Below, in pieces: positions 31,609-39,322 of a stretch of DNA of 41,747 bases. The notes below the pieces were generated by a model. That model worked only from the letters and a program-made list of their open reading frames with translations, made no database searches and had not been told where the DNA came from. The translations under genes and the position numbers were made by a program. Numbering within the stretch: position 1 is the first letter of the stretch; every line of letters begins with the position of its first letter. Where the stretch lies: positions 1 to 41,747 of the forward strand of contig DATDXX010000051.1 of NCBI GenBank assembly GCA_036517135.1, written 5' to 3'. This stretch comes from Minisyncoccota bacterium. GTDB taxonomy: Bacteria; Patescibacteriota; Minisyncoccia; Phycocordibacterales; CAIRYW01.

Positions 31609-32043
31609 CTAAAATGCACCCGTCTGACTTAGCTTTTCCGCCAAGCCGTCCGCGCTTTGGACTGCCCGCTTCTTGTATTCGCTCCACTTCTTCTCATTCC
31701 ACATTTCTATCCTCTTGTGGACGCCGATGAATACCGCTTTGTCTTTGAGCGCGGCAAAATCCCTCAAATGCTCCGGCACGAGCACTCGGCCCAAAGAATC
31801 CACTTCAAGCTCCACAGCCCCGCCGAACATAAATCGGTTGAATTCACGAGTGTCGGCCTTTAGCATTCCGAGCTTGCCTATTTCTTCCGAGATTTTTTTC
31901 CATTCAAGCGTAGTGTAGAGGAAGAGACAGCCCTCAAGCCCATATGTGGCGACAAGGCGCTTCCCTACTTCCTTCCTGAATTTGGAAGGAAGCGAAATCC
32001 GATTCTTGTCGTCTATCGTGTGTGTGTATTCGCCGATTAGCAT
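31609..32043 (-). CDS. mraZ: Transcriptional regulator MraZ
   Basis: MLIGEYTHTIDDKNRISLPSKFR and a second DSLGRVLVPEHLR SpoVT/AbrB-like repeat. Confidence 0.92.
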   Translation of the reverse strand: MLIGEYTHTIDDKNRISLPSKFRKEVGKRLVATYGLEGCLFLYTTLEWKKISEEIGKLGMLKADTREFNRFMFGGAVELEVDSLGRVLVPEHLRDFAALKDKAVFIGVHKRIEMWNEKKWSEYKKRAVQSADGLAEKLSQTGAF

Positions 32044-32078
32044 GGTAGATTTTTAAGGAGTTTGCGACTATAAAAATC

Positions 32079-32188
32079 ACCATCCCGCCCCAATTTTGCG
32101 CAGGTCTGAAATAAATATTTTGTAGGTCTTCGTGTAATCATTTTGATGAGCTCCAATCTCTACTCTCTGAAATTGGGGCGGGATTGGT
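32079..32188. repeat. 18/19-nt inverted repeat pair enclosing ~73 nt in the mraZ leader region
   Basis: accatcccgccccaattt (32079-96) vs aaattggggcgggattggt (32170-88). One bulged base. Confidence 0.6.
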
Positions 32189-32220
32189 ATTTTGTATTAA
32201 CTCGTACCTTGTTAACAAAA

Positions 32221-32260
32221 TACCACTTTATCCCACTTGCCTACCATTCTATCCCACTTT
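32221..32260 (-). promoter_or_regulatory. Putative MraZ operator: four phased [GA]TGG[GT]A boxes
   Basis: Minus strand aaaGTGGGAtagaATGGTAggcaaGTGGGAtaaaGTGGTA. Box starts are spaced 10, 11 and 10 nt. Confidence 0.5.
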
Positions 32261-32299
32261 AAAACATCTGCAAACATAGTTATCCACATCATAAAAAGA

Positions 32300-32331
32300 A
32301 GCTGTGGAGCTTGTTAGCTGGTTAGCTTGTG
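32300..32331. repeat. Phased 8-nt array AGCTGTGG AGCTTGTT AGCTGGTT AGCTTGTG upstream of the mraZ control region
   Basis: AGCT at 32300, 32308, 32316 and 32324. Confidence 0.7.
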
Positions 32332-32366
32332 AGGAAAATGTCCTGTGAAATAAGGAGTTTTGACAA

Positions 32367-32396
32367 TAAAAAGACCAGCAATTGCTTGCTGGTCTT
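32367..32396 (-). terminator. Intrinsic terminator after the 104-aa gene
   Basis: Minus strand aagaccagcaa-gcaa-ttgctggtctt followed by tttattg. Confidence 0.7.
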
Positions 32397-32414
32397 GGAT
32401 TTTACGAGAGGTAT

Positions 32415-32729
32415 TTACTCTCCAAACATCTCCGCCCTTTCATCTCGAATTTTCCTGACTTCTTGCAGCGCTGCAATGAAGGCGTGCGCCGTAATCTTGC
32501 AACCAATAGAATAGGCTTTTGAAACTAGAGTCTCTGTCTGGTCAGACCAAAGGGATTCTCCGGCAAGAAGCTTCAAGCTATCAATGGTTGTAGCGAGCTT
32601 CAGGCCACGCCTGAAAAGCGCTTCGTGGCGCAACTTTGTGGAGTTCTCCCTGAAAAGAGCTCGGCAAACTTGCCTGACCGTTGTAAGCCTACGAACAGGA
32701 ACATTTTTAGATTTTCTGGATTTAGCCAT
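32415..32729 (-). CDS. Hypothetical basic helical protein (104 aa)
   Basis: MAKSRKSKNVPVRRL... ATG at 32729 preferred over the longer track ORF. Lies 60 nt downstream of lysK. Confidence 0.5.
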   Translation of the reverse strand: MAKSRKSKNVPVRRLTTVRQVCRALFRENSTKLRHEALFRRGLKLATTIDSLKLLAGESLWSDQTETLVSKAYSIGCKITAHAFIAALQEVRKIRDERAEMFGE

Positions 32730-32789
32730 AGGTAAAGACGGTTGATAATACGTCTGCCGCCATATTACAGAAGAGGAAAGAAAGCGCAA

Positions 32790-34376
32790 CTATTTAGCTG
32801 TCACCTCATTAAATCGATTTTCTAGAAAATTTTTATCAAGTACGCTTAAGAACCATCCTGCCTTTGGGCCGGAATCGCGTCCTAATATGGAAAGATAGAT
32901 AGCGGAGAAAAGAAGCTTTGGGTCAATCAAAAGCTCCGTCTTTATTTCGTGCAGCCTTTCATGAAGCTTTTGCCCGTCTAAGATTTTTTCACCTTTAACA
33001 AATTCCAGAATTTTGGCTAATGCCTGTTTTTGCAATTCGTTTAAATTTTTTGCTGATTCGGGTAAACTCTTTTGTATTTCAAACTTATAATTAGCCGGAG
33101 CATACTCTGCGAGCCATATCTTTGCGTACTCAAGACGAAGCTTGAGCTCCTTTTTGTCAGCTTCTGTCAGTGTCACACCTTCCATTGCCTCAATCTCTTT
33201 TGCTGGGTCCATGTGTGGCATCTGAGCGAGAAAAGCAATTAAAGAAAACCTCGGCAATTTCTTTTCTGATAGATGCCCTCTCTCACCTGGCAGATGATAG
33301 AACGGAAATGCTCTGGCAAAATCATCTTTGGTACCGGCAAAATAGCTTTTTGCCTGAGTGTCATAAGTGTCATAAAGCACGGGCATGGTGTCTCCTTCCG
33401 GTTCAAAATCAATCACTCTATTCGGATCCTTGGAGCCGATAAGAAAGCGAAGCATTTTGGGAGGGAGAAGATCCGCCATTTGTTTTGCAGATACTCCCGA
33501 ACCCTTTGATGAAGACATCTTCTTGCCTCCTACATTAAAAAATTCATAAGGAATATTTATCGGCGGCTCTCGCTTGAACACTTCTTTTGATATATGATCG
33601 GCTATGTCGCGCGCTCCTCCTTTTGTAGAGTGATCTTTACCACCGCCCTCTATATCAACATCAAATACAGAAAACTTCGCCGCCCATTCTACCTTCCAAG
33701 GAAGCTTCGCATTGCCGTCAAAAGGAGACACTTTGCCTTTGTGTCCACAGCCCTTGCCCCAATCCACAAAATCGCCGCACTCATAGGATACCTGCTCGCC
33801 GTTCCACTCGTAAGCCCTTGTCGTGCCTACTTTGCCGCATTTCTCACAAATTACGCTTAGCGGAAGCCAATTGTCCGTCTTTTGCGAGCCGGAGACATTT
33901 TTGTATATCTTTTTTATCTTATCTGCATTATCCAAAGCAAGACGGATTGCGTCGTTATACTTTCCGCTTTTATAAGCAACGCTCGAGCGTACGAATTCCG
34001 GTACAAAGCCAAGAGAGCGGATCACGCCCTCAAATTCTTCCCCAAAATACTCTGCGAAATTTTTGGCCTTGCCATCAGGCGACGGCACGTCGCAGAGCGG
34101 CCTTCCCATAAACGGCATAAATTTATCTTTGTCCAAATACACGGGCAGTCCGTCCATCGGATCAAAATCATTGAGCTCAAAAAAATATCTGACGGAAATG
34201 CCGGCTTCGATTAGCACCTCGTGCACGATGCCGTGTATCACCACTCCTCTCAAAGAGCCGACATGCACACGGCCCGAAAGGGTTTTTTCATCACGAATAA
34301 TTAGCGGCTCGCCCTTTTTTATTTTTGAAGCAAATCTCTTTTGTGCTTCTTCTTTTATTTTATCAGCCCAAAACAT
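32790..34376 (-). CDS. lysK: Class I lysine--tRNA ligase
   Basis: LSGRVHVGSLRG (HIGH-like) and GGKKMSSSKGSG (KMSKS), plus the Cys cluster CEKCGK..CGDFVDWGKGCGH typical of class I LysRS. ATG at 34376 preferred. Confidence 0.85.
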   Translation of the reverse strand: MFWADKIKEEAQKRFASKIKKGEPLIIRDEKTLSGRVHVGSLRGVVIHGIVHEVLIEAGISVRYFFELNDFDPMDGLPVYLDKDKFMPFMGRPLCDVPSPDGKAKNFAEYFGEEFEGVIRSLGFVPEFVRSSVAYKSGKYNDAIRLALDNADKIKKIYKNVSGSQKTDNWLPLSVICEKCGKVGTTRAYEWNGEQVSYECGDFVDWGKGCGHKGKVSPFDGNAKLPWKVEWAAKFSVFDVDIEGGGKDHSTKGGARDIADHISKEVFKREPPINIPYEFFNVGGKKMSSSKGSGVSAKQMADLLPPKMLRFLIGSKDPNRVIDFEPEGDTMPVLYDTYDTQAKSYFAGTKDDFARAFPFYHLPGERGHLSEKKLPRFSLIAFLAQMPHMDPAKEIEAMEGVTLTEADKKELKLRLEYAKIWLAEYAPANYKFEIQKSLPESAKNLNELQKQALAKILEFVKGEKILDGQKLHERLHEIKTELLIDPKLLFSAIYLSILGRDSGPKAGWFLSVLDKNFLENRFNEVTAK

Positions 34377-34394
34377 CAAATTATAATACAACAA

Positions 34395-34426
34395 AGCTTA
34401 TGAGCTGGCGAGCTTGTCGGCTTATC
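34395..34426. repeat. Phased 8-nt array AGCTTATG AGCTGGCG AGCTTGTC GGCTTATC just upstream of lysK
   Basis: AGCT at 34395, 34403 and 34411; GGCT at 34419. The first 22 nt are nearly identical to 16094-16115. Confidence 0.7.
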
Positions 34427-34464
34427 GGAAAAGAGAAAGGTGGCAACGTTTTCGTATTTACCGA

Positions 34465-34499
34465 AGCTAGAAGCTAATAGCTAAAAGCTTTAAGCTATT
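34465..34499. repeat. Phased 7-nt array AGCTAGA AGCTAAT AGCTAAA AGCTTTA AGCTATT spanning the greA stop
   Basis: AGCT at 34465, 34472, 34479, 34486 and 34493. Confidence 0.75.
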
Positions 34500-34962
34500 T
34501 AACATTTACTATCTCATAAGCCGCCTTACCTTTAGGAGTTTGAAGGTCAAACCTGTCTCCTTTCTTTTTGCCCATAACCGCTACACCTATAGGCGAGTGG
34601 TTGGAAATCTTACCGGCAATGATATCCGCTTCTTCCGAACCGACAACTTGGTATATCTTGGTATCTGCATCACCAGTTTTTTTAACTACAATGGTAGAGC
34701 CAATCGTAATAACTCCGCCTCGGTGTGCCCCTACTATTTCTGCGTGCTTCAAAATATTTTCAATCTTTCCAATGCGCTCTTCAACAGAAGCCTGCATATC
34801 GCGAGCCTCCTGATATTCTTGATTTTCTGAAATATCACCCATTGATTTGGCATATTCCAAACTATCAGCAACCTCCCTGCGCTTAGTTTTTTTGAGATGA
34901 TCAAGCTCCTTTAAAAGCTCTTCATGTTTCTCTTTCGTCAGGTATTCTTTTTCATATGTCAT
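34495..34962 (-). CDS. greA: Transcription elongation factor GreA
   Basis: LTKEKHEELLKELDHLK..GDISENQEYQEARDMQ coiled coil plus C-terminal globular domain. 155 aa. Confidence 0.92.
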   Translation of the reverse strand: MTYEKEYLTKEKHEELLKELDHLKKTKRREVADSLEYAKSMGDISENQEYQEARDMQASVEERIGKIENILKHAEIVGAHRGGVITIGSTIVVKKTGDADTKIYQVVGSEEADIIAGKISNHSPIGVAVMGKKKGDRFDLQTPKGKAAYEIVNVK

Positions 34963-35110
34963 GGCGTTTTAATTATTAGTGATTTTTTGAGAGACGATAA
35001 TTGTATAGAGAGATGAAAAAAAGTCAACCCCGTTCGAAGAGGGTCAACCATTCCTTAAATTTTTATAAAAATGGCGCGCTTCCGCGAGAAAGCCCGCCTA
35101 GTTTGTGTGA

Positions 35111-35341
35111 TCAGTAGTGAGTCCTGCATCCTCGACCCATATTGTGGATATAGGGTGGTCGGTAATGATGATACACCTCACCATACCGATAGTAACCGCC
35201 ATAGCCATAGTAGTTTGACCATGGCCATCCGACTGGGGAAGCATAATAGTCGTAACCACCCTGGTATCCCATAGGAAACGGGGTGCACGACGGCAACACA
35301 GACACCATCACAGCAAAAACTACAAGGAGCAGATTTTTCAT
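35111..35341 (-). CDS. Small Gly/Tyr/Pro-rich lipoprotein (76 aa)
   Basis: MKNLLLVVFAVMVSVLPSC (lipobox LPSC), then GYQGGYDYYASPVGWPWSNYYGYGGYYRYGEVYHHYRPPY. ATG at 35341 preferred over the track start. Confidence 0.55.
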   Translation of the reverse strand: MKNLLLVVFAVMVSVLPSCTPFPMGYQGGYDYYASPVGWPWSNYYGYGGYYRYGEVYHHYRPPYIHNMGRGCRTHY

Positions 35342-35453
35342 GAGTTCAAGGATTAAAGGGTTAAAAGAGTCAGATTTCGGATTGCAGTAACTATTTATCA
35401 AAGTGACTATAGCACAAAATCACTCAAAACAAAGAGTTTTTTTGTAATTTATA

Positions 35454-37151
35454 TTACTTCACATACTCATCAGTATTTTCTGTAATCCAGCTCAGTGTAT
35501 GCCCCATTGCCTGCATCGCACTTACAGCGTATGAAGCCGGACCGTTTTCAAGCACAACAGCAAAAGTGTATTTAGGATCTTCGTAAGGAAAAAATCCTTC
35601 AACCCACGAATTGACCCTTTGTTTAGCCGAGCCGAGTTCTGCCGTCCCGGTTTTACCAGCCACATCGATTCCAGAAATATTAAGTGCTATCGCTGTTCCG
35701 TCTGTAACTGCCATACGCATCCCTTCTTTGACTATTTTGAAATTATTTTTATCTATACCTATTAATGAAGTCGTAGTGCCTTGCTCATTCTTGATTATTG
35801 TTGGCGATACTATTATGCCTTCATTGGCAATTCCCGTCATGGCGCGTGCAACCTGTAATGGTGTTACCTGAAATCCATATTGGCCGATTGCGGTGTGGTA
35901 TGTGTCACCTATTCTCCAAATATCTCCGTCAAAAGTCTTCTTTTTCCATTCCGGACTGGGTATAGTTCCTGCTGGGCCTTCAAAAAAACCTTCGGTGGCT
36001 GTGCCAAAAAGAAACTTCTTCATGTATTCCTCGATTTTTAATATTCCTAAGCCCTTTTGTCCCTGATACCCTCCGCCAACCATATAGAAATAGACATCAG
36101 AAGAAACGGACAAAGCTCGCTTGAGATCAACATCACCATGATTTTTCCAGTCCTTAAAAATAGAAGGACTATCTTTATCATAAGGGTTGGGAATTGAAAT
36201 ATATCCTATCGTGTGAATAAATTTACCTGGATCGATAATATTTTCCTGCAGCACACCAAGAGCGAGATATGCCTTTACAATGGAGCCTGGAGCATAAAGT
36301 CCCGTTACCGCCCTATCAAGAAATGGCTGCCTTTTGTTTGAAAGTATGCTTTTAATACTTTCATTATCACTGCCTTCTGTCATGAGTTGTGAGTCATAAT
36401 CTGGATAAGAGACCATTGCCAGAACTTCGCCAGTTTTCGCATTCATGATCACTCCAGTTCCACCGACAAAACCAGATTGCTCCACAGCATCAGCAATATT
36501 TCTGTAAAAAGCGCTTTGTACATCAGTATCAATAGATAAATTGATCTTTTCGCCATTTACAGGCGGCTCCAAGGTGCTCTGAGACTCTATCTCGCCTTTT
36601 ACTGAAACCTCGCTAAGTTTTGCGCCATTTTCACCCGCAAGTTTTTGGTCAAAATATTTTTCAATTCCGTCCTGGCCTGCTGAAGAAAAGCTATAAAAGT
36701 TGCCTTTAGAATCACGAGCGGGGTATTTCACAAAACCGAGCACATTGGCAAAACCTGGTTTATCAATGTAAGAACGCCGGTCAAAGTCATTATCCTCACT
36801 TTCTACGTTCCATGCTAGAAGTTTGTCATTCCTGTCAGCAATGATTCCGCGATGAGAAAAAATAACTTCCTTTTTTAAATTATTTGTTGACGCTCTTGTA
36901 AAATAATAATCTCCTTTTGTTATTTGCAAAAAAACACCGCGCGCGGCAAACACTAAAACCATAAACAAAAAAAGGGATTTTAAGATGACAAGATAGGTTT
37001 TTGGTATCGGTGTCTCTATCCTCCCTTCGAATTGATCATGATTAAAAGATGGAATATTGGAGGAATCTAGAAAAATCTCATCAGGATTGACTAAAATACT
37101 TTTTAATTTTTCTTTTCTTCCTTTAAATCTTTTGAACAACCGATCAAACAT
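35454..37151 (-). CDS. mrdA: Class B penicillin-binding protein 2 (elongation transpeptidase)
   Basis: N-terminal TM, SIVK (SxxK), KTGTAE (KTG). Located after mreBCD. Confidence 0.85.
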   Translation of the reverse strand: MFDRLFKRFKGRKEKLKSILVNPDEIFLDSSNIPSFNHDQFEGRIETPIPKTYLVILKSLFLFMVLVFAARGVFLQITKGDYYFTRASTNNLKKEVIFSHRGIIADRNDKLLAWNVESEDNDFDRRSYIDKPGFANVLGFVKYPARDSKGNFYSFSSAGQDGIEKYFDQKLAGENGAKLSEVSVKGEIESQSTLEPPVNGEKINLSIDTDVQSAFYRNIADAVEQSGFVGGTGVIMNAKTGEVLAMVSYPDYDSQLMTEGSDNESIKSILSNKRQPFLDRAVTGLYAPGSIVKAYLALGVLQENIIDPGKFIHTIGYISIPNPYDKDSPSIFKDWKNHGDVDLKRALSVSSDVYFYMVGGGYQGQKGLGILKIEEYMKKFLFGTATEGFFEGPAGTIPSPEWKKKTFDGDIWRIGDTYHTAIGQYGFQVTPLQVARAMTGIANEGIIVSPTIIKNEQGTTTSLIGIDKNNFKIVKEGMRMAVTDGTAIALNISGIDVAGKTGTAELGSAKQRVNSWVEGFFPYEDPKYTFAVVLENGPASYAVSAMQAMGHTLSWITENTDEYVK

Positions 37152-37166
37152 GCTGCCATTGTAGCA
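37149..37166 (-). promoter_or_regulatory. Leaderless-type promoter: TGcTACAAT-N6-ATG of mrdA
   Basis: Minus strand tgc tacaat ggcagc ATG. Same nonamer as at dnaB. Confidence 0.55.
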
Positions 37167-37190
37167 GAAGCTGGCTACCTTAAAAACATT

Positions 37191-37439
37191 CTAAGAGACA
37201 CGAAAATGAGGACGAATAACTGAAGCGATAAAGTAAAGAATGACTGAACCAATTAAAAAACCGTCGGAAGATAGCATAGAACCCGGAAGCCCGTAGATAG
37301 CATCAAGAAAAAAACCATAAACAATCCCCTCAAGAAAATCAAAAAAAAATGAAAAAACAATAATTGCCAAAACCACACACCACCAAGGAAGAAGAAGTAT
37401 CGAAGCGATAGTTATGATATTTGCTACAATTCTTCTCAT
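37191..37439 (-). CDS. mreD: Small integral membrane protein in the MreD position (82 aa, short for MreD)
   Basis: Position between mreC and mrdA, with 2-3 TM helices. Assignment is positional only. Confidence 0.45.
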   Translation of the reverse strand: MRRIVANIITIASILLLPWWCVVLAIIVFSFFFDFLEGIVYGFFLDAIYGLPGSMLSSDGFLIGSVILYFIASVIRPHFRVS

Positions 37440-37509
37440 TTATTCGCCTAAAATTTTCTTGTAATATTTTTAAAAATTATATTTCTTAATCGCATAGAAT
37501 TTTGCCGGA

Positions 37510-38277
37510 CTAGTTTTCCAATATTATACCTACTGCGTTTATCTGACTAGGGTTAAATGGTAGCGTAAATAACACTCTCTTGAACCCCTCGGATTGTTTT
37601 TCCTCAATTTTTTCTACCGTAGCGTATATTTTTGAGGAAATTGACGGTAAAATGAGATCATCTCCAAGAGAGACCTCGGTACCTATCGGCAAAAAAGATT
37701 CTAGTGCCCATCCTCCAAGACCTTTAACCTCTATTGTGAGGTGATCCTTACCAAAGACGCCTTCAAAAATTTTTCCAGGCGAAGAAAAAAGTTCTGCTTT
37801 TGAATAACTCCTACCTACCTCAACAATTGTACCGATCGCGACATTGCCTAATATTACTGTATATCCCTTTAAAACATTTGACTCTGTCCCTGTATCAAGA
37901 ATGAAAGTATCGTAAGGAGATGAAGGCGGTTTTTTGATGACAACTGCGTATACAACTTTTCTTTTATCGCTTCTCATGAAATTATTTTTAAGTTCGGCAT
38001 TTTCTCTTGCAAGCTCGTTGCGGTCGGCATTTATTGCAGAAAGCGCCAAAATCTGATCTGTTAGAGCTTGATTTTCAAGCGCGAGTTCTGCTTTTGACTT
38101 GAACCCTTGTGGCATTATTGAATAAATAAAAGAAAAAATTGCGTTGCTAACTCCTGAAATATTTTTTGCAAAAAAACTCCGTGCAAAAAAACCAAAAAAA
38201 ACGCAGAGCAAAATAATCGCTAAAGCAATTTTTTGTTTGTTCCACTTGCTCTTTCTAGCGTGCAAAGGGTAGTTCAT
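37510..38277 (-). CDS. mreC: Rod shape-determining protein MreC
   Basis: N-terminal TM, coiled coil (LALENQALTDQILALS..LARENAELKN), beta-rich C-terminal domain. Overlaps the mreB end by 23 nt. Confidence 0.8.
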   Translation of the reverse strand: MNYPLHARKSKWNKQKIALAIILLCVFFGFFARSFFAKNISGVSNAIFSFIYSIMPQGFKSKAELALENQALTDQILALSAINADRNELARENAELKNNFMRSDKRKVVYAVVIKKPPSSPYDTFILDTGTESNVLKGYTVILGNVAIGTIVEVGRSYSKAELFSSPGKIFEGVFGKDHLTIEVKGLGGWALESFLPIGTEVSLGDDLILPSISSKIYATVEKIEEKQSEGFKRVLFTLPFNPSQINAVGIILEN

Positions 38278-39319
38278 CTTCGTTCTTTATCAAGGCATCT
38301 TCATACGCATTTAAATCTCCAAGAATTATGCCTGTACCACGCACAACTGCGGTCAAAGGATCCTCCGCTATATGAACTGGAATCTTTAGGATTTCTTCCA
38401 AAAGCTCTTTCATACCTTTTAGAAGTGCCCCGCCGCCGACCAGATGAAGCCCTCGATTCATTATGTCGGAGATAACCTCTGGTGGAGTAATTTCAATTAC
38501 TTCTTTGACTGATTCAATAAGGGTGTCAATGGATGCGGCAATAGCTTCTCTCACATCAGCCTCTGTTATTACAACTTCTCTGGGCAATCCTGTGATAAGA
38601 TCGCGACCTCGCACTGCTATTTCTGCTGGAGAATCTGCTGCCACCACACTTCCTATTGAAATTTTTATTTCCTCGGCAGTTTTTTCGCCTATAAGAATCT
38701 TTAATTCATTTTTCAAAAAAGAAATGATATCGGAGTTTAATCTGTCTCCGGCGATTTTTATATTTTTTGAATGAACAATGCCGCCGAGAGAAATCACAGC
38801 GATGTCCGTTGTACCTCCGCCTATGTCAACAAGCATGTTGCCCACAGGGTCACGTATAGGAAGTCCGATACCGATGGCTGCTGCCATCGGCTCCTCAACA
38901 ATATGCACTTCCCGTGCACCGGCATTTATTGTTGCGTCCCTAACAGCCCTCCTTTCAACATTAGTGACACCAGAAGGAACACCAACAACAACTCTCGGCC
39001 CTAATAGCTTCTTACTGTCACCTTCTGCTCGAGAAATCAAATAAGACATCATTTGCTCAGTCACCTCGAAGTCTGATATGACACCGTCAACAATCGGCCG
39101 CACCGCCAAAACATGCCCAGGTGTTTTACCAAGCATTTCTTTGGCTGTCGCTCCCACAGCGACGACTTGGCCTGTTTTCTGATTGACAGCCACCACAGAC
39201 GGCTCGTTGACCACAATCCCCCTGCCCTCGAGATACACCAAGGTATTGGCCGTGCCAAGGTCAATGCCGATATCGTTGGAAAACATTGTGTAAAACTTTT
39301 GCAAGAATTTGAAAGCCAT
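38255..39319 (-). CDS. mreB: Rod shape-determining protein MreB
   Basis: MFSNDIGIDLGTANTLVY, VVGVPSG, DIGGGTTDIAV. An alternative start at the internal MFSND is possible. Confidence 0.93.
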   Translation of the reverse strand: MAFKFLQKFYTMFSNDIGIDLGTANTLVYLEGRGIVVNEPSVVAVNQKTGQVVAVGATAKEMLGKTPGHVLAVRPIVDGVISDFEVTEQMMSYLISRAEGDSKKLLGPRVVVGVPSGVTNVERRAVRDATINAGAREVHIVEEPMAAAIGIGLPIRDPVGNMLVDIGGGTTDIAVISLGGIVHSKNIKIAGDRLNSDIISFLKNELKILIGEKTAEEIKISIGSVVAADSPAEIAVRGRDLITGLPREVVITEADVREAIAASIDTLIESVKEVIEITPPEVISDIMNRGLHLVGGGALLKGMKELLEEILKIPVHIAEDPLTAVVRGTGIILGDLNAYEDALIKNEDELPFAR

Positions 39320-39322
39320 AAA

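Noticed and set aside
32329-32514. + strand 61-aa ORF
   Set aside because: It crosses the 32371-32396 terminator hairpin and is antisense to the 104-aa gene.
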